Positions 38,320 to 49,031 of a DNA stretch of 64,000 nt are shown here, one piece after another (the stretch's first letter is position 1; each line of letters starts with the position of its first letter). This stretch comes from Mobula hypostoma (lineage: Eukaryota): contig NC_086097.1 in NCBI RefSeq assembly GCF_963921235.1, forward strand, positions 173,726,001 through 173,790,000. Direction: 5' to 3'. Made by a program: the position numbers and the translations under genes. The notes under the pieces were generated by a model. That model made no database searches, was not told the DNA's origin, and saw only the letters and a list, made by a program, of their open reading frames with translations.

Positions 38320-38780
38320 AGACGGAGCTCATTTTGCATCAATTTCATTCCCATTTTATGGTGTTGCAAACATAAGGGAGATTACAAATGTGGTTGCAGC
38401 CCTAGAAAGAGTAAGCAATAACGCTGTTGAAGCCTTGGGAAATGTAACAACAGAATTGGTGCCATATCTAAGATTGTTCTTCATAGATATTCCCTTAGCA
38501 GTTAAGGGGAGAAAATGTGCAGTTATAGGTAAGGAGTGTTGTACTTGCATACTTGATGTGTATGAAGACATAACTAATTTGGCTGATCATATTCATAAAG
38601 AAGCAGCTAAAATACATCAATCTGATGGATGAGAATTCTTCAAATGGATTTATTCAAGTCTTGGAATATGGGGATACTCAATATTATTAGTCATAATATT
38701 CATACCATTATACCTTACCATAATTTACATCTTTCTTTTAACCTGTTTGAAGGTGATCATTAATAAAATAGATCAAACTT
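38320..38780 (+). pseudogene. env: ERV env transmembrane subunit remnant
   Basis: Fusion-peptide-like IPFYGVA, heptad VVAALERVSNNAVEALGNVTTEL, IDIPLAVKGRKCAVIGKECCTCI (CX6CC), then a hydrophobic anchor GIWGYSILLVIIFIPLYLTIIYIFLLTC. Confidence 0.88.
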
Positions 38781-38979
38781 GCATAAGCGTGCCTACTACT
38801 CTGTCTAACCATAACATAATCTGATGAATACTCTGAAGAATATATCTACCTTTTGATATTTCATATCCTCGGTAGTTTTTTGATTATTTCATAAGTAATG
38901 TAGATACCACAAGATTTTCTGTCTCTGAATTTTCAGATGTAGTGATTCAAAACATATGATTTAAAATCAAAGGGGAGGT

Positions 38980-39389
38980 TGTTTGGATCCATTTTTAATT
39001 GTCATTTTCTATATAGTTTAACAATTATTATCTGCTTATATTTTAAGCAATCTTTGCGTGCATAACAGTTTAATATGTCTCTAATGGCTATAATAAGTAT
39101 AATTCTGAAGCTTCTTTGTTCTACATGAAGTGAATAATTGTTACTGCAGTACTGAATAAGTATTTACTAATTGGTTTATTATCTATAGATTTGAATTTTT
39201 TTTTCTTATCTCTGGGTATAAAAGTAGCTCTTCTAAGCTAGGCACCATCTCTAGTGTCTCTTTTCTTCAAGTAGTCACTGTTCTGTTCCTGCCCTATCAA
39301 CTTTTAATAAAACGATCATAAAGCAACATGTTTTCTGCATTATTCCTGAATTCTAAAAGAACCTTGGATTAAAAGAACAAAATCCATCA
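38980..39389 (+). repeat. ERV 3' LTR
   Basis: TG...CA ends, preceded by polypurine tract AAAGGGGAGG (38969-38978). TATAAAA at ~39217, AATAAA at ~39306. Confidence 0.9.
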
Positions 39390-39977
39390 AGTAGCAGGAG
39401 GATTTACAAAAATGTTGGGGAACTCAAGGGCCTGAGTTAATGCGAAAGTTTGGGCAGTCTAGGGTTTATTTCTAGAAGTGTAAGAGACTGAGGGTGGCCT
39501 TATAAAAGGACTATAAAAACACGGGGTCATAGAAGGCACATGGACTCTTCCTCATGGAATTAAAAGCGATCAGAGGGAATAAGTTTAAGAAGGCAAAGAT
39601 TCAAAAGGGTAATTTCTTCATGCAGAGTGTGGTGTGTATATAGAGCAAGCTGCCATGTGGTTGAAGCAAATACAATAAAGTATACAAGTTCACTGCAGTA
39701 TAGTCCCCTCAGCCCATGCTGCAGCGTTGACCTATATAATCCCACTCCATAATCAATCTAACTCATCTCTCCGACACAGTACATTTTCTTACATCCATGT
39801 GCCTATCTGTTCCAAATGTATCTGCCTCTACCACCACCCAATTCCATGGATTTACCATTTTCTGTGTAAAAGAATCCCTCCTCTGATATCCCCTATACTT
39901 TCCTTCAATCACCTTATCCTCTCAAATTAGCCTTTGCCACCCTTGGACAAAGATGCTTGCTGTCCGCTCTATCTATG

Positions 39978-40578
39978 TGTAACTCTCGCTTCACCTAGTG
40001 GCTTAATATAGGGGGTGATAACCCCCCGGCCCGGCCAAACTTAAGAAATCTCATTTGGGTGGATGCTGCGCAATGTGTACCCTGTTACAAATCAGTACCC
40101 CAGAATAACAAACAGTACACAATATGCGACTAAAAGATTAAGCTTTATAACTCTTACTTTGACTATATGGTTAGTAGAGAAACGAAATAAAAGGGAAAAA
40201 AAAGGCCCAATCTTATTACACAGTCTGTGCGCAAAGTTGGAGCTCGTTCATAGACTGAAAGTTCACCATCGCCTCCTCTGATTGTCGGTGCCCTTCGGAC
40301 CCTCGCTGCGAGCCCACCCCGTCTGGCGGTCTACTAAATCTCTCGATTTGCGTCTTCTCTCATCTCTCCCTCTCTGGGGAAAGCCCACGAAATCAACTCC
40401 TTCCAGATTCACAAGACAGGGCAACAAAATCCTGATTGGCTAACATGCATACCACAATCCTGTTATCTCCAGCCATAACCCAAACGTTGCTGCTACAGAG
40501 AAACAGTTACCTCAGCAGTGAACATTACAGAGAAGCCATTTCATTAGCCTTAGCAGTGAAACATTACAACGCGTTATA
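39978..40578. mobile_element. Solo LTR (Gypsy-like)
   Basis: TGTAAC...GTTATA termini (GTTACA with one change). 4-bp TSD TATG at 39974-39977 and 40579-40582. Confidence 0.75.
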
Positions 40579-40619
40579 TATGTTTTTCAGAATCTTATGC
40601 ACCTCTATCAAGTCTACCT

Positions 40620-41435
40620 CTACCAGACCAATTTACATTGGGTCACGGGATCACTTTGTTAAGCACCTCTGGTCCAGCAACCAAAAGCAGAATTTCCCAC
40701 TGGCCAACACGAGGAATTCTGCAGATGCTGAAATTTCAAGCAACACACATAAAAGTTGCTGGTGAACACAGCAGGCCAGGCAGCATCTCTAGGAAGAGGT
40801 ACAGTCAACGTTTCGGGTCGAGACCCTTCGTCAGGCCTGCTGCATTCACCAGCAACTTTTATGTGTGTTGCTTTCCCATTGGCCAACCATTTTAATTCCT
40901 ATCCCCATTCCAGTTCCAACATGTTGGTCCACAGCCTCCTCTTCTGCCACCATTGGGCCACTTTCAAGGCGGAGGAGTAACACCTCATATTCTACCTTCA
41001 AACTGATGGCATGAACATCAATTTCTCCTTCCTGCTTGTTTTTCTTTCCCCACCCCTTACCTTTACTTCTATCCCCCACTCTGGTCTCTTACCTCTTCTC
41101 CTCATCTGTCTATCACCTCCCCCTGGTGCCCCTCCTTCTTCCCTTTCTCCTATAGTCCACTCTCCTCTCCTATCAGATTTCTTCTTCTCTAGTTCTTTAC
41201 CTTTCCCACTTCAACGATCACCTTCCAGCTTGTCCTCTTCCTCCTCCCCCCACCCTTAGTCTGGCAACTTCCCCTTCCATTCCAGTCCTGATGAAGGGGC
41301 TCATTGAAAATATTGACCAAATTAAATGAATTGAATATTCATTTTCAGAGATGCTGCCTGGCCTGCTGAGTTTCTCCAGCATGCTGTGTGTGTTGCTCTG
41401 GATTTCCACCATCTGCAGAATTTCTTGTGTTCATG
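40620..41435 (+). mobile_element. Penelope-like 3' fragment (GIY-YIG end plus pLTR), older copy
   Basis: FPLANHFNSYPHSSSNMLVHSLLFC..; pLTR ending GATTTCCACCATCTGCAGAATTTCTTGTGTT. Confidence 0.8.
40709..40871. mobile_element. Miniature fold-back Penelope inserted in another Penelope; minus-strand hammerhead at ~40803-40835
   Basis: 16-bp TSD TTTCCCA(C/T)TGGCCAAC at 40693-40708 and 40872-40887. 40835-40871 is the reverse complement of ~40739-40777. Confidence 0.85.
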
Positions 41436-43177
41436 ATAAATCAAGTAGTGGAGCAGAGAGAAAAAAAGATGAGTGGAGTAGTGGGAATAGTGGCACTTGT
41501 ATTTTTAGATAAAATTATAAGTATTGGTCCAAGTGCTCCCTGCAAGCAGCTCTTGGAAGTGTTTTGAATGCAAGTCTGACCCAGCCTTCAAAAAAATCAA
41601 GAACCACTGCCTCACAGAGGGCCAACATGGATTTGATGAGTCATATGGCTTGTTTCATGCATGAGGGAGAATTGAAAACAAAACGTTAATGGAGTTCATG
41701 GTGAATTAAGGCCCAAGTACAATACAGACACCGCACAGAACTACTGGGCCAAATGGCCTTCTTCCATGTTGGCAATACTTAGGATTACAATGCAAGAGTC
41801 TGAAAAAATACTTTGTAAAAGTAACTCAGAATTGTCTACACAACAGAGGAAATGAGTCAGGCAGAGCAGGAGCAATGCACATAAAACCTGTTATTAAAAT
41901 ATAAGCTACAATTATGAAATCACATGAATCTTTCTGGCATGTCTACAGTAAACATTATGATATCAGTAAAAATTTGGTCCCATGGTACACAAACTGAAAG
42001 CTTAGTAAAGTTTGGCCCAGAATACAGAATACGGAATTCCCTGGAGCTCCAAGTGAGTCCAAAGTTTAACACATCAAAAAATTTGCTGGTGCCTTGGTGT
42101 AAACTTAGATGAGAAAGGGCACAGGTACAACTGGTCAAAGACATTCTTCTCTGCTGCAACATTAACAGTTCCAGTGAAAATGGGGGCCATTTGACCAATC
42201 AAACCTTCGCCGGCTCCATTTAAGGACAAGGCATCTTATCCCATTCCCCTGCTCTCTCCCCATAGCTCTGAAAATTATTTCCTTTCAGATACATATTCAG
42301 CCGTCGTTTGAATACAGCATCGAAATCTGCCTCCACTATTGCTGTTAGTCCTGCCTGTACCCTTCATGACTTCAAATTCCTTTACCAGATATCTTAGTTG
42401 GCCCTGTGTTGCCAGAACAACCCCAGTTTCTTCACTCTATCCATATGTCAGAAGGCTCTCATTTCTGGAATCATTTTCACAAATCCCTTCAACACCCTCT
42501 CCAAAGGCATTGCATTCAACAGCAGCACCCAGATCTGGAAACAATATTCCAAATATGGATTAACCAATGTGTTACAGATGTTTATCATGGTTTCATTGCT
42601 CTTGCACTTCAGGATATCATTTGCTTTCTTAGCCACTTCATCAACTTGACCTGCTATATTCAACAAAGTATACAGAGACACCCACAATCTCTTTGCCCTT
42701 GTACCCCTTTTTATTTAGCGATGTTGTCCAGACCTTTGAGCCACAGTGCCCGAGCAACCCACAGCCCTGATTAACCCTAACACAATCACGGGACAGTTTA
42801 CAGTGACTAATTAACCTACCCAGTATGTCTTTGGACCGTGGGAGGAAACTGGAGTACTCGGGGAAAACCCATGCGTTCCACGGGGAGGATGTACAGAGAC
42901 TCCTTACAGAGCAGCACCAAAGTTGATCACCGTACTTCAGAATGCCCAGAGCTGTAATAGCATCGTGTTAACTGCGACACTACCATGGAATTCTTATCCC
43001 CACTAGTTTATTCTGTGTCTTCTCATTCTTCCTATAAAATCTATTACAGAACCAGTTTTGAAGATGTCCTCAATGGAGGGTGGTTAGTGCCCATGATGGA
43101 GCTGAATGTATCTATAACCCTCTGCAGCTTTTCTACCCTGTGCATTGAAACCTTCCATACCAGGCAATGATGCAACT

Positions 43178-45105
43178 AGATTAGATTAGATTCAACTTTA
43201 TTGTCATTGTGCCGAGTATAGGTACAACGCCAATGAAATGCAGTTAGCATCTAACCAGAAATGCAAAGAATAGTGTTATTTACAAAAAAACTGCCAATAA
43301 AAAGTAAGTGCTACAGCACACAAATATAAAAGTACTGAGACAGTACAATATGGGTGCAATATTGCTAGGCGCTGTGGTGTGAGGTTCAGCAGGGTCACAG
43401 CCTCAGGGAAGAAGCTCTTCCTGTGCCTGCTGGTGCGGGAGCGGAGGCTCCTGTAGCGCCTACCGGATGGGAGGAGAGTAAAATGTCCATAATTAGGGTG
43501 AGATGCATCCTTGATAATGCTTTTCGCCCTGCCCAGGCAGCGTTTATGGTAGATGTTCTCAATGGTGGGCAATTGGGTGTCGATAATCCGCTGGGCAGTT
43601 TTCACCACACGCTGGACTGCTTTGCGGTCCGATACAGGACAATTGCCATACCACACTGAGATGCAGTTGCTGAGTATGCTCTCAATGGTACAGCGGTAAA
43701 AGTCTGTCAGTACCCTGGGACAGAGGTGAGCTTTCTTGATGCTCCGCAGGAAATAAAGGCGCTAGTGCACCTTTTCGATCAGGATGGAGGAGTTCAGGGA
43801 CCAGGTGAGATCCTCGGAAGTGTGGACACCAAGGAATTTGAAGCTTGATCCAGGCTCCACTACAACTCAGTTGATGTAGTTGGGAACGTGAGTGTGGCTC
43901 CTAGTATGCCTGAAGTCCACAATGATCTCCTTGGTCTTCTGCGTGTTAAGAGCCAGGTTGTTGTCGGCACACCACGCGGCCAGGTGCTGGACCTTGGCCC
44001 TGTAGGCCGTCTCGTCATCCCCTCTGATCAGGCCAACCACCATGGTGCCGCCTGCGAACTTGATTATGGAGCTAGAACCATGTACAGGAATGCAGTCATA
44101 GGTGAAAAGGGAGTACAGAAGAGGGCTCAGCACACAGCCTTGAGGCACGCCAGTGTTCAGGGTGAGAGTAGAGGAGGAGAGGTTGTCTAACTTAACTGAT
44201 TGGGGTCTGTTAGTCAGAAAGTCCCAGGTCCAATTGCAGAGGAATGAGCTGATACCAAGCTGGTAAAGTTTGGTGATCAGCTTGGAGGAGATCACAGTAT
44301 TGAATGCCGAACTAAAGTCAATGAACAGCATTCTGACATAAGAGTTGGGGCTGTCCAAGTGGGTCAGGGCAGAGTGAAGTGCCGTGGAGATGGCGTCTTC
44401 TGGTGATCTGTTGGTGCGATAGGCAAATTGATTGGGGTCCAGGGTAGTCGGCAGACAGAATTTCCGATGTGATAGAACCAGTCTCTCAAAGCACTTTGCA
44501 ATGATGGGGGTGAGTGCAACTGGACAGAAGTCATTCAGGCCCGTGGCAGTGGAATGCTTCGGCAGTGGCACGATGGTGGCGATCTTGAAGCTTGTGGGGA
44601 CAACTGCCTGGGCCAGGGATAGATTAAAAATGTCCATGAAAACCCTGGCCAACTGTCCTGCACAGACTCTGAGCACACGGCCAGGTATTCCATCCGGACC
44701 AGCTGCCTTCCGTACATTCACCCTGCTCAGGGTGGCGCAAACATCGGGGGTGGAAAGTGAGAGAGGCAGTTCACCAGGTGGGAGATCCGCTTTGAAGGTG
44801 ACCTCCTTGTTCTCTCGGTCAAAGCGAGCGTAGAAGTAATTGAGCTCATCAGGGAGGGAAGCAGAGCTGGAAAGGGGCATAGTACTAGGTGGTTTGAAGT
44901 CTGTAATGACCTGTATGCCATGCCACACGAGCCAGGGGTCCGAGGAGTTGAAATGCTCTGAGATCCTCTGTTTGTATATGTGTTTAACCTGAGAGATTCC
45001 CTTCCTCAAGTTGGCCCTGGCTAAGCTGTAAGTCTCCCGGTCTCAAGACCTGAAGGCTGAATCTCTGGCTTTGAGCAGGAGGTGAACTTCTCTGTTCATC
45101 CATGG
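43178..45105 (-). mobile_element. Relatively young 5'-truncated Rex1/Babar LINE with a 380-aa RT frame
   Basis: ORF 43867-45009 (KAAGPDGIPGR, PVALTP, QFAYR, LFIDFSSAFNT, GVPQGCVLSPLLYSL); catalytic FADD is altered to FAGG. (TCTAA)n tail at 43178-43192. Sits within an older Rex fragment. Confidence 0.92.
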
Positions 45106-45520
45106 TTCATCAACTATTCAAACTGGTCTCTATGGTACATCTGTAAAAACTGGCTAGTCCTTGATATCAAATCTCCTCAAACTTCTTATAGAGTGTAGCC
45201 TCTGGTGTGATTTCTTCATGATTGCATCAATACGTTGAGCCCACCATACTAATGCCCAGGAACTTGAAGCTGTTCACCTTTTTCATTGTTGACCCATCAA
45301 TGCATACGAGTGTGTGTGTGTTCTGCCGACTTCCTCTTCCTAAAGTCCAGAATCAATTCCTTGACCTTACTAACATTGTTATTGTTGCAACATCACTCAA
45401 TCAATCAATCTATCTTACTCATGTACACTTCATCATCACCATCCAAGATTCTGCCTATGACTGTTCTCTGCATTTCTCAGCTTTAAGTTTCTACTGGTGC
45501 CTACCTGCACATTCTAAATA

Positions 45521-46221
45521 CATTTGGCCATCGGTATCCGTGGAGGCTTTGGTTCCGGGACCCCCCCGCGGATACCAAATTCCGTGGATGCTCAAGTCCC
45601 GTATATAAAATGGCATTGTATTTGCATATAACCTACACACATCCTCCCATGTAATTTAAATCATCTCTAGATTACTTATAATACCTAATACAATGTAAAT
45701 GCTATGTGAATAGTTGTTATACTGTATTGTTTAGGGAATAATGACAAGAAAGAAAGTCTGTACATGTTCAGTACAGACGCAACCATCGTGGCTCTTCTGG
45801 GAACGCTGATGCTGCCTCGGCATCAGCCGATGCCAATTCTCCCGTGATCTTTAAGTTCTTGAGGCTGTAGCGCTTTACATAGCTAGCTAGCCATCCCTTA
45901 CTAGCCTAAACTCCTTCCTCTTGCTCACAACACAAGTAGCGAACGAACTAGACGCGAGGCAAACAATGCTCAAACAACGAGTAATACTTTTAATCATCTC
46001 TATGCTCCCTCTTAGCCTTTGAGGAATTACTTTGACCACTTAATTGCTTTTTAGGAGCCATTTTTTCACAGAAACAAAGGGTGCACACAACACAAGTAGC
46101 AACCCAATGAGACGCCAGGTGAACAATGCTCAAACAACAAGTGCTGGAGAGAGAACTTAACAGGGTTTTTTTTTATCCCGATCAGCGGTTGGTTGAATCC
46201 GCGGATGCGGAGGGCCGACTA
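45521..46221 (-). mobile_element. TcMar-Tigger deletion derivative with MER2-like ends and transposase fragments
   Basis: TA then imperfect TIRs (CATTTGGCCATCGGTATCCGTGGA / TCCGCGGATGCGGAGGGCCGACT). Minus strand encodes MAPKKQLSGQSNSSKAKREHR (from 46061) and ASKGWLASYVKRYSLKNLKITGELASADAEAASAFPEE (45905-45792), a CENP-B/pogo HTH signature. Confidence 0.85.
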
Positions 46222-46734
46222 CTCCTATTGTCAACTACTCCTGAGTATCTATTACAATCCACCTTACAAGTTTATTATATCCCCATATTTTGCGTCATCT
46301 CAAAATTTTGATGATGTGTTCTGTAACCCAAGTTCAACTCACCAATATGCGCAAAGAAGAACAGTGCTCCACTACTGAACTTGAGGAATGCCATATTTCC
46401 TGAGGCCAAAAGACAATTTTTCACTACTACTCTGTTGCTTAAAAAGTTTTAAAAAAAAAATTCACATGAAAAAGCCCCTATTCATCCAATATCGATGACA
46501 AGCTGGTCGTACCTACCAATGGTAACTCCCCTGCCATAGTTAGTAATGCATTATACTAAAAACCCTAGACATATGAAAACAACACTTAAGTTGCAAATCA
46601 AGTCACACACACGGGCCTGATTTGAAATTCCTTTGCCACTCATTTTAGATTGCTGGTGCTCAATATCTCACCAGAAGAACTTCAGCATTTCAAGGCATCA
46701 GTTCACAAACACACACTCCCTTAGTGGATTTAAG

Positions 46735-47410
46735 GAAGTTAAAAGTTAAAGTTTAATTGTCAATCAATCATACGCATGAATACAACCAAATGAAATAGCA
46801 TTCCTCCGTGCAAAGGCGCAAAACAGAAGTACTAACAATGACACACAGAACACAGCACATATAGTACATATAATTATGACAGCATGAAAACATACAGTCA
46901 AAAATAAACAATATCGCCCAAGACCATGATTCCCACGGCCTGTGGATTGATGGTGCATGGAATGTTGTCCTGGAGCCACGTTTCTACAAGGACAAGCCCA
47001 AAGCTGTCCTCATCATGCATTAGTGCAGCCGCAGACAAAAGCAATCCAGCTCGTCTTCTCACCAATGAACCAGTGAACCAGACTTGCAGTATTCTATATG
47101 ACCAATGTCCAGCAGGGTGTTGCAATCACAAGAAAAATGCCAAAGTCAATCATTTCTGATAGCTCATTGGATTGTACACTGCCTCACACATGACCTCTGA
47201 CAGCTTCCTTCTTGGATGGCTGTAGCAGGCTACAAGTCTAGCTCCACTGCTATTGAAAAACTTGCTAGTCAGGTAGACTTGCAATACCTGATATTCATAA
47301 TATACAGCAGTGTCTTCCCATCATTAAAAAAAGGCGTAAAGAACGACAAATTACACCTTTGTTTGGACCCAAAAAGGCTGTGATTGAGCACGCAGCCATC
47401 TTACTGGAAA
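46735..47410 (-). mobile_element. Internally deleted Rex1-like element (5' end, EN scrap and 3' tail)
   Basis: Minus strand starts TTCCAGTAAGATGGCTGC, contains LVLVETWLQDNIP and ends in a short-repeat tail at 46735-46755. Confidence 0.6.
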
Positions 47411-47629
47411 GTTGTATTGATTAAAGCCCATACTTTGTTTGAGAATAATAAAGCAACATTGTCAAATACTGAGATGACCCTCATTTTGTTTATTTAAAAC
47501 TAACATGCCACTGTTTTTCTGTTTCTTAGAAAATGTAAAGTATCCTAACAGCCTTTTCATTTTATTATCCATACACTTCAGTGTTCTTTCATTAGCTTTA
47601 TACCTGAGGAACATTATCACTAAGGGCAG

Positions 47630-48780
47630 ATCACATGACAAGGTCCTGCATGGGAGGGTTGTCAAGAAGGTTCAGTCACTTGGTATTCAAAAGGAGGTAG
47701 TAAATTGTTTTAGACAATGGCTACATGGGAGAAGACACACAGTGGTTGTAGATGGTTGCCACTCTGACTGGAGGCCTGTGACTAGTGGTGTGCCACATGG
47801 ATTGGTGCTGGGTCTGTTGTTTGTCATCTGTATCAATGGTCAGGATGATAATGTTTTAAATTGGATCAGGAAATTTGTGGAAGACACCAAGATTGGGGGT
47901 ATAGTGGACAGCGGGAAAAATGATCAAAGCTTGTAGTGGGATCTGGACCAGCTGGAAAAATTGGCTGAAAAATAGCAGATGGAATTTAATGCAAACAGGT
48001 GTGAGGTGTTGCACTTTGGGAGGACAAACCAGAATAGGTCTTACAAATTTAGCGGTAGGCCACGAAGGAATGTGGTCGAACTGATGGATCTGGGAATATG
48101 GATTCACAATTCTTTGAAATTGGAATCACAGGTACAGTATATCGGATCGTAAAGAAAGCTTTAGCACATTGGAGTTCATAAATCAATGTATTGAGTACAG
48201 TACTGGAGTTGGGATGTGTTATGCGAAATTGTACTAAGACGTTTGTGAAGCCCAATATGGAGTATTGTGAGCAGCTTTGGTCACGTACCTACAGGAAAGA
48301 TGTAAATAAGACTGAAAGAGTCCAGAGAAAATTTCAAGGATGTTGCCAGGACTTGAAGATCTGAGTTGTAGGGAAAGGTTGAATGACCTTGGAACATATG
48401 TCCCTGGAACATAAAAAACTGAGGGGAGATTTGACAAAGGTATACAAAATTTTGAAGGGGAAACAATAGGGTAAATGCAAGCAGGCTGTTTCCACTGTGG
48501 TTGGGTGACATCACAATTAGAGGTCATGGGTTAAGAGTGAAAGGTGAAATGTTTAAGGGTAACATGAGGAGGAATTTCTTGACTCAAGAGGGTGGGGAGA
48601 ATGTGGAATGAGCTGCCAGCACAAGTGATGGATGCGACTCAATTTCAACATTTGGATATGGACATGAATGGGGGGGATATGGTTTGGGTGCAGGTTGATG
48701 GGACTAGGCAGATTAATGGTTCAGCATGGACTAGATGGGCTGAAGGGCGTGTTTTTTTTGTAGTGTTATATGATACCATA
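47630..48780 (+). mobile_element. CR1 LINE 3' half, degraded
   Basis: DKVLHGR..WRPVTSGVPHGLVLG..KFVEDTKIGG; GRMWNELP. Ends ~110 nt from the exon at 48894. Confidence 0.88.
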
Positions 48781-48893
48781 GTTTTAGGACTTAAAATTTG
48801 TTTTAAAAACCATAAAAAATATTCTAAATATATGATGTAATACATTTAAAATGGAATCTTGCAACATAAAATAGTTATAAAATATGACCTGAC

Positions 48894-49031
48894 CTTGTGT
48901 TGGGCAGCATCCAAAATAAACTCGTCCCTGATACCATTATTTTCAGGACTTCGGTAATCAAACAGAGAATTGGTGAGGTATGTTAATCCTTTGCTGTTCA
49001 AACTTTCACCACAACTGAAGAAACAGGCTTC
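48894..49031 (-). CDS. VPS13B: VPS13B internal coding exon (probably exon 11 equivalent)
   Basis: 138 nt, cag|...|gtcagg. Translates EACFFSCGESLNSKGLTYLTNSLFDYRSPENNGIRDEFILDAAQHK. Not in the ORF track; found by reading the minus strand. Confidence 0.95.

Larger units (their letters stand above)
31027..39389 (+). mobile_element. Endogenous retrovirus (class I, gamma/epsilon-like env), degraded provirus antisense to VPS13B
   Basis: Two homologous LTRs, PBS, PPT, RT connection (EAFQTLK..CSAPALRIPD), RNase H (LYSDGSS..QAELKALIEAC..IYTDSQ), integrase and env TM remnants, all in the expected order. Confidence 0.92.
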
